64,000 nt of DNA, taken from positions 32,001 to 96,000 of the forward strand of contig CBDEUM010000013.1 of assembly GCA_965242925.1 (NCBI GenBank). Direction: 5' to 3'. The translations under genes and the position numbers were made by a program. The notes below the pieces were generated by a model. It saw only the letters and a program-made list of their open reading frames with translations, made no database searches and was not told the origin of the DNA. Below are positions 46,496 to 59,008 of the stretch, in pieces; position 1 is the first letter of the stretch, and every line of letters begins with the position of its first letter. Source of the stretch: Roseibacillus sp. GTDB lineage: Bacteria; Verrucomicrobiota; Verrucomicrobiia; Verrucomicrobiales; Akkermansiaceae.

Positions 46496-49273
46496 CTAGG
46501 AGATCTCACCACGGGCCAGTCCCCGCTCCTCAAGCACGGCTTGGGCCGCTGCCAGCTTGGCAATCGGGATGCGGAACGGACTGCAACTCACATAGTTAAG
46601 CCCGGTTCGGTGGAAGAATTTCACCGAGGCGGGGTCCCCTCCGTGCTCTCCACAGATACCGATCTTGAGCTTCTCCTTGGTCTGACGGCCACCCTTAACC
46701 CCCATTTCAACGAGTTGCCCAACCCCCGTCTGGTCCAGACTCGCAAAAGGGTTGGTGCTCACCACCTCGGCATCCTGGTAATCAGGCAGGAAGGAGCTGG
46801 AATCATCCCGGCTGAGACCGAGACAGGTCTGAGTCAGATCGTTCGTTCCAAAGCTGAAGAAGGCCGCATGCTTCGCCACATCGGCGGCGGTAAGCGCAGC
46901 ACGGGGAATTTCGATCATGGTTCCCACCTGGTATTTCAGCTGACTGGCCTTGAGGCCGCGTTTCTTGCGTACCTCGGCGGCGGCCTCGTCGATCACCGCC
47001 TTCTGAAGTTCGAGTTCCTTCTCGTAACTCACCAGCGGAACCATGATTTCGGGCAGAACCTTGATTCCCCTGGACTGCACCTCGGCGGCTGCTTCAAGAA
47101 TCGCAGTGGCCTGCATTCTCGTAATCTCCGGGTAGACAATCCCGAGACGGCAACCACGGTGCCCGAGCATCGGGTTTTCCTCATGGAGAGCCTTGATGCG
47201 ACTCTTGATCGCTGCGGGGGTGACCTTGATCTTCTTGGCAAGAGCCTTGATCTGGGTCGGCGTCATGGTGCCGATGAACTCATGAAGCGGCGGATCAAGG
47301 AGGCGAATGGTAGCGGGACGTCCCTGGAGAGCACTGAAGATTCCCACGAAGTCCTTTTTCTGGTAGGGGAGGAGTTTCCTGAGGGCCTTGGCGCGACCTG
47401 CATCATCTTCTGCCAGAATCATCTGGCGCACCGCATCGATGCGATTGCCCTCGAAAAACATGTGTTCGGTCCGGGTGAGGCCAATTCCTTCCGCCCCAAA
47501 CTTGACCGCGTTCTTAACCTGGCCCGGGGTATCGGAATTCGTACGCACACCCAGTTTTCGGAGTCTGTCGGCCCAGCCCATGAGCTGCTCGAATTTCTTG
47601 TAAGTCGCACTGCGCTTGGCCGCGGCCTTGTTCTCCAGAAGCCCCTGAATGACCTGCGACGGCGAGGTTTTCAGCTCTCCGGCATAAACATTACCCACAA
47701 ATCCATTGAGCGAGAGGTAGTCACCCTCCTTCAGGGTCACCCCGTGTCCGCTGAGTGTCTTTCTGACATAGTCAATATCCATGTCATGGGCACCACAGAC
47801 GCAGACCTTGCCCATCTGGCGGGCCACCAGAGCGGCGTGTGAGGACGCTCCTCCACGGGTCGTCAGGATTCCCTCCGCTGCAATCATTCCACGCAAATCC
47901 TCGGGAGATGTCTCCTGTCGGGTAAGGATCACCTTCTGCCCCTTGGCGGCAGCTGCCACCGCGGCATCCGCGGTGAAGTAAATATGTCCACTTGCTGCGC
48001 CGGGTCCGGCAGGAAGCCCCCTGCCGATCTTGGACGCCTGGCGCTCAGCAGCCGAGTCAAAGATGGGAGCAAGGAGATGGCTGAGATCTTCGGCAGGGAT
48101 GCGCAGGATCGCCTCTTCCTTTGAGATGAGACGCTCTTTCACCATGTCCAGGGCGATATTCACCGCCGCAAAGCCGGTGCGTTTTCCGTTGCGGGTCTGC
48201 AACATCCAGAGACGCCCCTCCTCGATAGTGAATTCGACATCCTGAACATCGCGGAAATGCTTCTCAAGAATCTTGCGGATCTTGAGGAGTTCCTTGAAGG
48301 AGCCTGGCAGGTCCTTGGCCATCCGGGCCACCTGCTTGGGAGTGCGGACTCCGGCAACCACATCCTCACCCTGAGCATCGATCAGGTACTCACCGTAAAA
48401 AACATTCTCGCCCGTGGCCGGATCGCGCGTGAAGGCCACTCCCGTCCCGGAGTTCCTGCCCGTATTCCCGAAGACCATGGCCTGCACGTTCACGGCAGTC
48501 CCCCACTCCGCCGGGATCCCGTATTTCTGGCGATAGACCTTGGCCCGGTCATTGTTCCAGGAATTAAAGACCGCGTTGACCGAGCCATGCAGCTGCTCCA
48601 TGGAATCCTCAGGAAAAGCCCGGCCGGCCCGCTTTCGGATCAGCTTCTTGAACTCTGCAATGACCCAGCGGAGGTCCGCCTCCTGCAGTCCAGAATCGTC
48701 TTGAACCCCTGCCTTGGCCTTGGCCTTGTCGAGGATAACCTCATAGGGATCGTGATGCTCGTGGGCGTGTGCCTCTACTCCCATCACCACACTGCCGTAC
48801 ATCTGCAGGAAGCGTCGATAGCTGTCCCAGGCAAACTTTGCGTTGCCTGTCCTGGCCGCGAGAGCCTCCGCCACCTCGTCGTTGATCCCGAGATTCAGCA
48901 CCGTATCCATCATCCCAGGCATTGACTCACGCGCTCCGGAACGCACAGAGAGAAGGAGCGGGTTGTTGAGATCCCCAAACTTCTTGCCCATTACCTTCTC
49001 GATCTTGGCAATGTTGGAGCGGATCTCCGCTTCAAGGGTGGCGGGCCAGTTCTTCTTATGATCGTAGTAATAAGTGCAGACCTCGGTCGTCAGGGTGAAT
49101 CCTGCTGGAACGGGAATCCCGATCCGGCTCATTTCGGCGAGATTTGCGCCCTTTCCCCCGAGAAGGGCTTTCTGGGAACCATCTCCATCGGCCTTGCTCC
49201 CACCAAAAAAGTAGATGTACTTCTTGGATTTGCGGGCCTTTGATTTGCGGGCGATCTTGCGTTTGGTTGCCAT
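46496..49273 (-). CDS. ppdK: Pyruvate, phosphate dikinase
   Basis: [71 protein letters not shown]. Confidence 0.97.
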   Translation of the reverse strand: MATKRKIARKSKARKSKKYIYFFGGSKADGDGSQKALLGGKGANLAEMSRIGIPVPAGFTLTTEVCTYYYDHKKNWPATLEAEIRSNIAKIEKVMGKKFGDLNNPLLLSVRSGARESMPGMMDTVLNLGINDEVAEALAARTGNAKFAWDSYRRFLQMYGSVVMGVEAHAHEHHDPYEVILDKAKAKAGVQDDSGLQEADLRWVIAEFKKLIRKRAGRAFPEDSMEQLHGSVNAVFNSWNNDRAKVYRQKYGIPAEWGTAVNVQAMVFGNTGRNSGTGVAFTRDPATGENVFYGEYLIDAQGEDVVAGVRTPKQVARMAKDLPGSFKELLKIRKILEKHFRDVQDVEFTIEEGRLWMLQTRNGKRTGFAAVNIALDMVKERLISKEEAILRIPAEDLSHLLAPIFDSAAERQASKIGRGLPAGPGAASGHIYFTADAAVAAAAKGQKVILTRQETSPEDLRGMIAAEGILTTRGGASSHAALVARQMGKVCVCGAHDMDIDYVRKTLSGHGVTLKEGDYLSLNGFVGNVYAGELKTSPSQVIQGLLENKAAAKRSATYKKFEQLMGWADRLRKLGVRTNSDTPGQVKNAVKFGAEGIGLTRTEHMFFEGNRIDAVRQMILAEDDAGRAKALRKLLPYQKKDFVGIFSALQGRPATIRLLDPPLHEFIGTMTPTQIKALAKKIKVTPAAIKSRIKALHEENPMLGHRGCRLGIVYPEITRMQATAILEAAAEVQSRGIKVLPEIMVPLVSYEKELELQKAVIDEAAAEVRKKRGLKASQLKYQVGTMIEIPRAALTAADVAKHAAFFSFGTNDLTQTCLGLSRDDSSSFLPDYQDAEVVSTNPFASLDQTGVGQLVEMGVKGGRQTKEKLKIGICGEHGGDPASVKFFHRTGLNYVSCSPFRIPIAKLAAAQAVLEERGLARGEIS

Positions 49274-49352
49274 CGTTAGAAGGGAGTAAATCTGGTTGCA
49301 AAGGGGGTTGCGCGTTGGGGGGAATCAAAGTGCCCGGCCCGAACGGGCGCGC

Positions 49353-49380
49353 ACCTTAGCAACCGTTTGAAGACTGTCAA
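49353..49380 (-). promoter_or_regulatory. Sigma70-type promoter for ppdK
   Basis: Minus strand TTGACA-16 nt-TAAGGT with an extended -10 TG. Confidence 0.65.
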
Positions 49381-49650
49381 TCAGCCAGTTGCGCCCTGAA
49401 TAATAGTGGTTCGACCCCCTCAGCTTTCTCCCCCATGCGCCCATCTTCCACCGCCAGAAGGCCCTGTCGGGCGGCGGAACAATATACAACCTCCGTCACC
49501 CGTTCTCCCCCCCACCGCCGGCAAGTTAGTTCAACAGCTTTAGAATTCAGCCTCTGATCTCTGGAAATTTCGCCCTTCTCTTCGGATTGCTATTGCCAAG
49601 AAACCTCACCCGACGCTATCGGTGCACCTGTGCAACGCTAAACCTAGATC

Positions 49651-50085
49651 ATGAGCATTATTCCAACCATCAGTTCAGGCACCGCAGGTCCTCTCGGTGT
49701 GCAGCATCTCCCGCGCCTCTGGCAGAAAGCTTCGCTCGACGCAGCTGGCAAACTTCATCCCGACTACCCCGCCGCCGGCGCAGGCTTTGATCAGATGACC
49801 CTCGATGCCCTGGGCATCGATCGTCAGACGTTCCTCGACTACATCGGAGCCGAGAAACCAAGCTACGTCGCTTGCGAGGCCTGGTGCCAGTCCAACGGAA
49901 ACGCGGATGCCGGCGCGATCGCCGCTCACAACGCAGCGGTTGACGGTTATAACCACGACGACGACACCCGGAACGGCATTCTCAGTGCGGTCGGCCTCTC
50001 CGCCGATGCGGGTATCCTCGACGCAGTGAACCTCAACAACCTTGAGGACTGGAACGACTTCCACGGCGCTGAAATCGCCGGATAG
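49651..50085 (+). CDS. DUF5069-like protein
   Basis: GPLGVQHLPRLWQKA..GKLHPDYP..GFDQMTLDALGID; recalled family pattern, not searched. Confidence 0.7.
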   Translation: MSIIPTISSGTAGPLGVQHLPRLWQKASLDAAGKLHPDYPAAGAGFDQMTLDALGIDRQTFLDYIGAEKPSYVACEAWCQSNGNADAGAIAAHNAAVDGYNHDDDTRNGILSAVGLSADAGILDAVNLNNLEDWNDFHGAEIAG

Positions 50086-50113
50086 TCCAGGTCCCAGACG
50101 TAAATATTCAAGT

Positions 50114-50145
50114 GAGAGAGCCCCGCGATTGCGGGGCTCTTTCTC
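50114..50145. terminator. Terminator hairpin between convergent genes
   Basis: GAGAGAGCCCCGC-GATT-GCGGGGCTCTTTCTC. Confidence 0.75.
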
Positions 50146-50195
50146 TTGGGGGAAATCCCCTGGCCTGGAATCTGAAACCTGTGCCTCCGGCTCTC

Positions 50196-51086
50196 TCAGG
50201 ATCCGTGCCGTCCCGGGAAGGTCAGTTCGGCGACCCCGGACTTGTCCAGGTCCCCAAGCCCTTCCGCGGTCATCCTGTCATACTGTGCCTTGGTCGCATC
50301 GTTGACAGGCAGGCTCAGGCCTGCCTCCTGTGCCAGGGCCTGCGCGATCCCGGAGTCCTTGGCAGCATGCTCGGCTGAAAACCAGCACTCGTGATCGCGA
50401 TCGATCATGTCCTCGGAATCCGTCTCCAGTACGCGCGAGTTGGCGCCGGTCTGGGAAAAGATTTCACAGATCAACCCGAGATCGAGCCCCAGGGCCGTGG
50501 CCAGGCCGAGACCTTCTGCCAGACCAGCCGTGTTGATGTTCATCACCATGTTCACCAGTGCCTTCACCTTGGCGGCCTGTCCAGCCTCTCCGCAGTGGCG
50601 CAGGTTCAGGGAGAGGTCATCAAGAAGTGCCCGGTGACTGTTGAAGACTTCCTCCTCCCCTCCGATCATGAGGTAGAGGTTGCCTTCCCGTGCATGACTG
50701 ATGCTTGAAGCCATGGCACCTTCCAGCACCGCGGCCCCGAGCTCCTTGCCCGCATTGTATACTTCGCGGTGCGCGCCTGGAGAGAGCGTGGCGCAGTTGA
50801 TGAAGGTCTTGCCCCCCGCATTCTGCAACAGATTGTCCCCCTCCGTAAAATAGATCGCACGCATGGCCTCGTCGTTCGTGACCACGGTGATGATGACGTC
50901 CGCGGCGGCGGTGACCTCGGCGAGGTTCCCACAGTTCGCGGCGCTCAGTTCTTCCGCAAGAGAGGCGGCGATCTCCTTGTTGATATCATAGACCGCGGTC
51001 ACATCGTGGCCGCAATCGAGTTGCAGGTGGCGGGCCATGTTGGCGCCCATCCGTCCCACTCCGACAAATGCTACTTTCTGGCTCAT
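50196..51086 (-). CDS. NAD(P)-dependent beta-hydroxyacid dehydrogenase family protein
   Basis: VAFVGVGRMGANMARHL, AKVKALVN, FSAEHAAKDSG. Confidence 0.9.
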   Translation of the reverse strand: MSQKVAFVGVGRMGANMARHLQLDCGHDVTAVYDINKEIAASLAEELSAANCGNLAEVTAAADVIITVVTNDEAMRAIYFTEGDNLLQNAGGKTFINCATLSPGAHREVYNAGKELGAAVLEGAMASSISHAREGNLYLMIGGEEEVFNSHRALLDDLSLNLRHCGEAGQAAKVKALVNMVMNINTAGLAEGLGLATALGLDLGLICEIFSQTGANSRVLETDSEDMIDRDHECWFSAEHAAKDSGIAQALAQEAGLSLPVNDATKAQYDRMTAEGLGDLDKSGVAELTFPGRHGS

Positions 51087-51103
51087 GGTGTCTTATTCTT
51101 ACT

Positions 51104-51928
51104 TTACTTGAATTCCGGGTAGAAGGGATTGTGGGCCTTTTCCTCACCCACCGTCGTCATCGGCCCGTGTCCCGGACAGATGATGGTGTCATCCTGAAGG
51201 GTGAATAGTTCAGCCCGGTTCGTCGTCAGGGCGTCCTGGTAGGAAACCAGGCCTCCTCCCATCGACTGTGCGAAGAGAGCATCTCCCACAATCGCCACAG
51301 GCCGCGCCAGGCCGTTAATCACGTAGGTCGTGCCACCCGGTGAATGACCCTTGGTGAGCCGCGTGGAGACCCGCAACGTCCCCACCGAGAAAGCATCCCC
51401 CGGTTGAAACCGGGTTGCCTCCGCCACCGGTTCAAGGGCGCCCACGAAGGTCTTCACCTCTGGATTGTACGACTCCACCACAGCCCGGTCCATGATGTGG
51501 TCGAGATGGGTGTGGGTGAGGAAGAGTTGCGTGAGTTTCAGGTCAAGTTCCTTAACAAGCCCGATTGCCCCGCCTGCATCCGTTCCGGTATCGAACAGTG
51601 CGGCCTCCCGGGAAGTGGGATCCCACACCAGATAGTTATTCACCGTCATGTCATCATAGACGGTGTTGTACTGGCACAGGCCCTCCAGTTCGACCGGCTC
51701 CGGCGTCCATGCTTCCTTGGCACGCTCCACCAGAGTATCCGCATCCAGCCCGAGGGGCGAGGCGACCTTGCGCAGAGCATCCTCCTCGAACTCGCCGTCT
51801 TTCAGTTTCGCGATGGTCTCCTCGGGCACGCCCGTCAGGAACTCCAGAACCCCGTCTGCGATTCCGGTGCCCCGCAGCGCTTTCCCGAGAACATCCTCGA
51901 AATTATCTTCCAGGGAGATGCTGGTCAT
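51104..51928 (-). CDS. MBL-fold metallo-hydrolase with an N-terminal HTH-like domain
   Basis: THTHLDH, GHSPG, VGDALF, CPGHGPMTTVGEEKAHNPF; XRE-like N-terminus. Confidence 0.9.
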   Translation of the reverse strand: MTSISLEDNFEDVLGKALRGTGIADGVLEFLTGVPEETIAKLKDGEFEEDALRKVASPLGLDADTLVERAKEAWTPEPVELEGLCQYNTVYDDMTVNNYLVWDPTSREAALFDTGTDAGGAIGLVKELDLKLTQLFLTHTHLDHIMDRAVVESYNPEVKTFVGALEPVAEATRFQPGDAFSVGTLRVSTRLTKGHSPGGTTYVINGLARPVAIVGDALFAQSMGGGLVSYQDALTTNRAELFTLQDDTIICPGHGPMTTVGEEKAHNPFYPEFK

Positions 51929-52941
51929 TGCTTCGACGATTTCACTTTAAGGAGTTTGGCAATGCGGCCGAACCGGTTCCAGTCCTGCACATAGAGATTC
52001 CCCGACGGGTCGTAAGCCAATCCGTGTGGGGCAGTGAAGTGAGCGGGCTTCGCCTGATTGGGCGCCACCCCGTTCTGCCCCCTCTGTTTCGGGTTGGGGT
52101 TTTCACCGAGGAGGGCAATCACCTTGCCCGCCTTGTCGAGGATCTTGACTCCACCCGCCAACTCGGTCACCGCCACCACCTCTCCCCGGAAGGCAAGATC
52201 AGTGGGCCGACGCAGGCCGTCAGCAACAACTCCAATCCAGTTCCCATCCAGATCCCAGTGGGTCAGGCGACCGTTCTCCCGGTCCGCCACCATGATTCGC
52301 GGCGGATCAAAGCGGTAGTCAAGAGCCATGCCGTGCGCGGTATTGCACTGGCCTTCTCCCCTGCCGCGTCCGCCAAAGGTCTTGATGAGTTTTCCCTCCG
52401 CGTCAAACTTGTGAATGAAGTTGGAGCCGTATCCAAGGGCAATGAAGATCGAGCCGTCTGGTGCAATATCGGCAGCGGTCACTCCTCCCCATCCGCCCTT
52501 GACCTCAACGGTCTTGTCGTTCGGGATCTGGAAGACTTCCTTGCCGTCCAGCGTCATCTTTACCAGGCGCTTTCCCGCTGTATGAGAGGCCCAGATGTAC
52601 TCCGTTCCGCCCTCTTCCCGGATGAAGAGATCATGGATGTTGCCCGGTCCCACTTTCCCCAGCTGCTTTCCCTTTGCATCGTAAATGAGGATCCCATTCG
52701 GCGTATCCGTGCTGAAGTAGATTCTTCCGGCCTTGTCGATGGCGACCCCGCCATTGGTACTACCTACCCCCTTGTTTTCCGTCGTACCCCACCAGGGAAC
52801 GTTCTTATAGGAATGATCACCGGAGCCGGTGGCAACCGCAACGGTGAGAATTTCGCCCTGTGGTGCGACACCCTTGTGGGGATGGGCCGACAGGACGCCC
52901 GGTAATGTGGAAGCCGCGGCAAGCAGCAGGATGGGTTTCAT
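51925..52941 (-). CDS. Exported NHL-repeat beta-propeller protein
   Basis: Signal peptide; GYGSNFIHKF, CNTAHGMALD, VADRENGRL, FTAPHGLAYDPSGNLYVQDW. Confidence 0.85.
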   Translation of the reverse strand: MKPILLLAAASTLPGVLSAHPHKGVAPQGEILTVAVATGSGDHSYKNVPWWGTTENKGVGSTNGGVAIDKAGRIYFSTDTPNGILIYDAKGKQLGKVGPGNIHDLFIREEGGTEYIWASHTAGKRLVKMTLDGKEVFQIPNDKTVEVKGGWGGVTAADIAPDGSIFIALGYGSNFIHKFDAEGKLIKTFGGRGRGEGQCNTAHGMALDYRFDPPRIMVADRENGRLTHWDLDGNWIGVVADGLRRPTDLAFRGEVVAVTELAGGVKILDKAGKVIALLGENPNPKQRGQNGVAPNQAKPAHFTAPHGLAYDPSGNLYVQDWNRFGRIAKLLKVKSSKQ

Positions 52942-53038
52942 GACGGACCAGATATGGCTTCTTCCTGCGGACAGGAAAAGAACTTTTGAACCCTGCCAAA
53001 CCTTCGCACCGTTTTATTGCCGGGAATCGGCACACAAC

Positions 53039-53067
53039 AAAAAAAGGCCGCTGTCTCCAGTGGCCTT
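53039..53067 (-). terminator. Intrinsic terminator
   Basis: AAGGCC-GCTG/CAGT-GGCCTT stem followed by a T-run on the minus strand. Confidence 0.7.
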
Positions 53068-53102
53068 GATTAACTTAACGAAGCTGAGGAAAAGGAAGAG
53101 CG

Positions 53103-53459
53103 CTAGCTGGCAGCTCCATCCTTGGCCCCGGGCTTCTTCTTTTTGCCTTCGGCCCCGGGTTTGGGTTTCTTCCTGCCGCCCTTCACTTCGTCAGCAGTCA
53201 GGGCCCCGTCACCATTCTTGTCCCGCTTCTTGAAAAGCGCCTCGATTTTCTCGGCTGGAACAGGCTTGGACTTGGCCGCTCCCCAGGACTTCATTTCATC
53301 CAGGGTGATCTTGCCGTCCTTGTTCTTGTCGGCGGACATCAGTCCCTTCGCTTTCTTGGCTGGTTTGTCCTTGGGCTTGTCACCATCCTTGTCGTCGGCA
53401 ACGACCAGTCCCACCCCGGCGATCGTGATCGCCGCTATCAGTTTCAATGTATTCTTCAT
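53103..53459 (-). CDS. Small exported EF-hand protein
   Basis: Signal peptide; DKNKDGKITLDE and DKNGDGALTADE. Confidence 0.88.
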   Translation of the reverse strand: MKNTLKLIAAITIAGVGLVVADDKDGDKPKDKPAKKAKGLMSADKNKDGKITLDEMKSWGAAKSKPVPAEKIEALFKKRDKNGDGALTADEVKGGRKKPKPGAEGKKKKPGAKDGAAS

Positions 53460-53577
53460 CAGTAGTTTGTGTGCGTGGAAGCACGCTTGTTGCTTCCCTC
53501 ACTATAACTGTCGCTCACCCCGATTCCTATCGCCCAAAGTGCAAAAAACGCGTGCCATCCCTCCGGAACCCCCACCT

Positions 53578-55797
53578 TCACTCTCCCACCAGCAGGAAAT
53601 CCACCAACTGGCGTTCCCTGTTGACCCTCGCCACCCGTACCGCCACGACCTGGCCCAGAGTCAACTCGGCGCCCTGCATCGTGGCATACCGCATCCTGTG
53701 AGATTCCAGACGCCAGTCTCCGGCCGGGAACTCATCCCGTTTGACGAGACCACGTTGCAGGATTTCAAGAGCCTCAACCATGAGACCGATCCTGCGCACG
53801 TCGGTGATAACCGCCTTGAAGACCGGAGGGTTGGCGTCATGCGCGCTGAGGTGCAACCACTCGAGCATCTTGAGGCGATGAGATTCCGTTTCCGCACTCG
53901 CACTCGTCCGCTCGGTGGTGGAGATGTGATTTGAAATCTCCGCACATTGCAACTGGACCGGCGCCCGCGGGGAATGGGTGGGCGGATTCTCCAGGAGGGG
54001 CTCCAGCGCCCGATGCATGATGAGGTCGGCATAGCGGCGGATGGGACTGGTGAAATGGCAATAGTCTGTCTTGGAGAGGCCATAATGCCCCAGAGGACCC
54101 TCGCGATAACTTGCCCGCTTCAGACTCTTGAGCAAGCCCACCTTGATGGCGTGCTCTTCCGGTTGTCCCCGGCATTCCCGCAAAAGACTCTGAATGTGCT
54201 TCCTGTTGACGAGATCCCCCGGTTCATAGCCGTGAGCACGCGCAAGTTCCGCGAATTCGAAGAGCTTGTCGTGATCCGGTTCCTCGTGCACGCGATAAAT
54301 CCCGGGACGCCCGGCATTCTTCACCGCACGCGCCACCGCCTCATTGGCTGCCAGCATGAACTCCTCGATCAGCTGGTGACTTTCATTGTAATCCTCGCGC
54401 CGGTAACCGGTTGGGCGCCCGGACTCATCGAGCTCCACGCGAATCTCCGGAAACTCCAGATCCAGTGCTCCCTGAACAAACCGGCGCTGACGCAAGAGCT
54501 TGGCCAGCTTCCAGCACTCCCTGAGAGTGCCCGCGATTTCGCAGCGGGATGGATCATCCACATCCCTCTTCCCCTCGAGCATGTTCTGCGCTTCCTCGTA
54601 AGTGAGCCGGAACTTGGAGCGGATGACCGCTTTTTCGAAACGCACCTGCGTCATCTTCCCCTTACCGTCGAAGCCCATCACCACGCAACAGGTAAGGCGG
54701 TCCTCCCCCGGCACCAGGGAGCAGATTCCGTTACTCAACGCTTCAGGGAGCATCGGGAGAACCCGGTCCACCAGGTAGGTCGAGTTGCCGCGCTTCCGTG
54801 CTTCCCGATCCAGGGCGGTGCCCGGTTTCACATAGTGTGCGACATCCGCGATGTGCACCGCCAGCTCCCATCCCTGCTCATGCTCCCGGAGCCAGATCGC
54901 ATCATCGAAATCACGCGCATCCGCCGGATCGATTGTGATGACCAATTCCTCCCGCCGGTCCGCCCGTCCCTCCAACGCCTCCGGCAGGACGGAGGAAGGA
55001 ATCTCCCCGGCCTCTTCCTCCACCTCCCCGGGAAACTCCTCATGCAACCCATGGCGCAGGATGATTCCACGGATATCCACTCCCGGTTCATCCGGCCAGC
55101 CCAGCACCTCGGCAATCTCCCCGCGAGGCGCCACCTGCCGGCTGTCCCACTCCAGCAGACGTACCGCCACCATCTGCCCCGACTTCCCTTCCGCCGCGTT
55201 CTCCAACTCGATTGTTGGAGGCAGGCTCTTGTCGGTGGGCTGCACGTAGACAAATCCCTTGCGTTCCATCAGGATGCCCACCACCACCCCGCTGCGGCGC
55301 TGCAGGATGCGTTCCACGCGACCAGTGGCCTGGTCCTCCGCGCCCGGGAGCTCCAAGGACGCGCGCTTGTGCTTGGCGTGCTTCCACCAGACCGGCGGAC
55401 CAAGTCGCTCGACGCGAAGTGCCACCCGGTCACCATCGAGCGCCACCGAAGTCTTTCGCGCCCCGACGTAAATGCGGCTGAAGCGCTCTAGGTCAATTCC
55501 GCTCGCCAAGTTGGCAGGGTCACGGGGGTCGGGATAAAACCAGGCGGCACCCTTCGGCTGAAAGCGAAGAATCCCGGAGAGCAGGTTCCCCTCCTGTTCG
55601 CGAAGCCGGTAGCGGGCCTTTTTCCCACGGACAATCACCCCCTCCCTCTCAAGGGCCGCCAACTCGGCTCGCAAATCAACCCGCAGGTCGGGGTGGAGCT
55701 CCAGATCACGAGCCAACTCGCCCTTGTTGCTCGGACGATATCCGGGGCGGCGCATGAGCTCCAAAACCTTCTCCCGCAATCCCCCGCCCTCTCCCAT
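53578..55797 (-). CDS. rnr: Ribonuclease R
   Basis: N-terminal HTH and cold-shock domains; TIDPADARDFDDA, VHIADV, LSNGICSL, LIEEFML, HFTSPIRRYADL; C-terminal S1. Confidence 0.95.
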   Translation of the reverse strand: MGEGGGLREKVLELMRRPGYRPSNKGELARDLELHPDLRVDLRAELAALEREGVIVRGKKARYRLREQEGNLLSGILRFQPKGAAWFYPDPRDPANLASGIDLERFSRIYVGARKTSVALDGDRVALRVERLGPPVWWKHAKHKRASLELPGAEDQATGRVERILQRRSGVVVGILMERKGFVYVQPTDKSLPPTIELENAAEGKSGQMVAVRLLEWDSRQVAPRGEIAEVLGWPDEPGVDIRGIILRHGLHEEFPGEVEEEAGEIPSSVLPEALEGRADRREELVITIDPADARDFDDAIWLREHEQGWELAVHIADVAHYVKPGTALDREARKRGNSTYLVDRVLPMLPEALSNGICSLVPGEDRLTCCVVMGFDGKGKMTQVRFEKAVIRSKFRLTYEEAQNMLEGKRDVDDPSRCEIAGTLRECWKLAKLLRQRRFVQGALDLEFPEIRVELDESGRPTGYRREDYNESHQLIEEFMLAANEAVARAVKNAGRPGIYRVHEEPDHDKLFEFAELARAHGYEPGDLVNRKHIQSLLRECRGQPEEHAIKVGLLKSLKRASYREGPLGHYGLSKTDYCHFTSPIRRYADLIMHRALEPLLENPPTHSPRAPVQLQCAEISNHISTTERTSASAETESHRLKMLEWLHLSAHDANPPVFKAVITDVRRIGLMVEALEILQRGLVKRDEFPAGDWRLESHRMRYATMQGAELTLGQVVAVRVARVNRERQLVDFLLVGE

Positions 55798-55980
55798 GAC
55801 CGGACTCTGGATAGTTGATGCCCGGTCATCAATGCGGAAGGCCTGCAAAAATTGAGTTGCATCAAACCCGGGACGAGACCAGCTTGGTATTGACATTGTA
55901 ATTCCCGAAACCGGAAGATTGCCAAATCCCGGCCATCCCGCCACCTTTCCCGCAGAAAACTCCCCAATTCCAGATCAGCT

Positions 55981-56604
55981 ATGAAAATAACTTCCCCTCC
56001 TTCCAGGAACCGCGGCTTTACCCTCATCGAACTACTCGTCGTCATCGCCATCATCGCGATCCTCGCGGCCCTCGGCTTCAGCGGTGGTGCCGCCGTGATG
56101 AACACCGCCAAGAAAACCGTCGCCAAGAACGACTGCACCAACCTCGTCCAAGCCATCCAAGCCTACTACGACGACTACAACTACCTGCCCGAAGCCCCGG
56201 AAGCTGGCACAGCTCCGGGCGCGCCTACCACCAACGAACTGATGGACCAGCTGGTGGGCTTTGACAAGGAAAGCAACCCCAAGGAAGAGCGCTACTACTC
56301 AGGCAAGGATGCCAAGGGCAAGACCCAGAATGGTGCCTACGGAGGACTCTTCTACACCAATCGCTCAGTGGAGCTTTTTGACGCCTGGAAGAAGAGCGGC
56401 ATTGCTGCTACCAACCGCCACTATTTCGTCCTCATGGATATTGATCTGGACGATGAGCTCACCGATCCCTTTGACGCCACGAAACCTCTCTTCGGACGCA
56501 TGGCCATCGCGTGGACCTCGGGACGTGATGGACAGTACACCACCGGTCAGGCCACCGCGACGAAGAACCGCGACAACGTTTACTCCTGGAGAGGCAAGCA
56601 ATGA
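55981..56604 (+). CDS. Orphan type IV pilin / pseudopilin-like protein
   Basis: NRG|FTLIELLVVIAIIAILAAL; GspG-like C-terminus (DAW..., WTSGRDG...DNVYSW); TTGACA at 55890 upstream. Confidence 0.88.
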   Translation: MKITSPPSRNRGFTLIELLVVIAIIAILAALGFSGGAAVMNTAKKTVAKNDCTNLVQAIQAYYDDYNYLPEAPEAGTAPGAPTTNELMDQLVGFDKESNPKEERYYSGKDAKGKTQNGAYGGLFYTNRSVELFDAWKKSGIAATNRHYFVLMDIDLDDELTDPFDATKPLFGRMAIAWTSGRDGQYTTGQATATKNRDNVYSWRGKQ

Positions 56605-56633
56605 GTTCGGCATCATAACCTGACCTGCATGGT

Positions 56634-56660
56634 AAAAAGCTGGCTTCGACCAGCTTTTTT
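56634..56660. terminator. Bidirectional intrinsic terminator
   Basis: AAAAAGCTGG-CTTCGA-CCAGCTTTTTT. Confidence 0.85.
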
Positions 56661-56834
56661 GTTGTCACCCCCCCCTTCCTGATTGCTCTGATCCTCTTGC
56701 CTTCATCCGTGAACAGCCTGCCATCGGCAACGGTAATGTACAAGGGATGATCATGCGGTCTCCTGCTTCTGAGTGCCAATCCCCGATCCGTGAGGGCTGA
56801 CCGGAAATCGACGAGTGCCCGTTTCCCTTGCAAT

Positions 56835-56864
56835 AAAAAGCCGGGCGGTTCCCCGCCCGGCTTT
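56835..56864 (-). terminator. Terminator of groEL
   Basis: AAAGCCGGGCGG-TTCC-CCGCCCGGCTTT with a T-run on the minus strand. Confidence 0.85.
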
Positions 56865-56906
56865 GTTCGTTGATCAATCTGGAAACCTGGATCTTCTCGT
56901 CTTCTC

Positions 56907-58556
<1,650 letters not shown>

Positions 58557-58620
58557 TCAGTTAATAATTGTCGGTTGTCGGCTGGGAGTCCCGATAGCGG
58601 ATTACTCCCGACCACGGATG

Positions 58621-58914
58621 TTAGTCCGCAATCACGCCGAGAATGTCGCCCTCATTGATGATGAGGACATCTTCGCCATTCACTTTGACATCAGTTCCAC
58701 CGTACTTCGAGATGAGGACCTTGTTGCCCTCCTCGACGGTGAATTGGATGTCGTTTCCGTTTTCGTCTTTCCCGCCGGTGCCGAGTGCGACGACTTCAGC
58801 TTCCTGCGGCTTCTCTTGGGCAGTGTCGGGAAGCACAATGCCGCCGGCACTGACTTCTTCAGCATCGAGGCGCTTTACAAGCACGCGCTGACCGAGTGGT
58901 TTGATACTAGCCAT
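58621..58914 (-). CDS. groS: Co-chaperonin GroES
   Basis: [34 protein letters not shown]. Confidence 0.98.
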   Translation of the reverse strand: MASIKPLGQRVLVKRLDAEEVSAGGIVLPDTAQEKPQEAEVVALGTGGKDENGNDIQFTVEEGNKVLISKYGGTDVKVNGEDVLIINEGDILGVIAD

Positions 58915-58924
58915 TGTTTCGTAG

Positions 58925-58958
58925 TGGTTGGTTCTGGTTGGTTCTGGTTGGTTTTGGT
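58925..58958. repeat. 10-bp tandem repeat (TGGTTGGTTC), about 3.4 copies, in the groES leader
   Basis: Directly visible. Confidence 0.8.
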
Positions 58959-58965
58959 CGAGTAG

Positions 58966-58996
58966 CCGCCCCGTCTTCCGGAGAAGAGCGGGGCGG
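58966..58996 (-). other. Intercistronic stem-loop between dnaK and groES
   Basis: CCGCCCCG-TCTTC-CGGA-GAAGA-G-CGGGGCGG; no U-tract. Confidence 0.7.
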
Positions 58997-59008
58997 GAAA
59001 CTGACAGA

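Noticed and set aside
55798..55944. N-terminal extension of RNase R
   Set aside because: It occupies the divergent promoter region; the HTH-like domain starts near ATG 55797.
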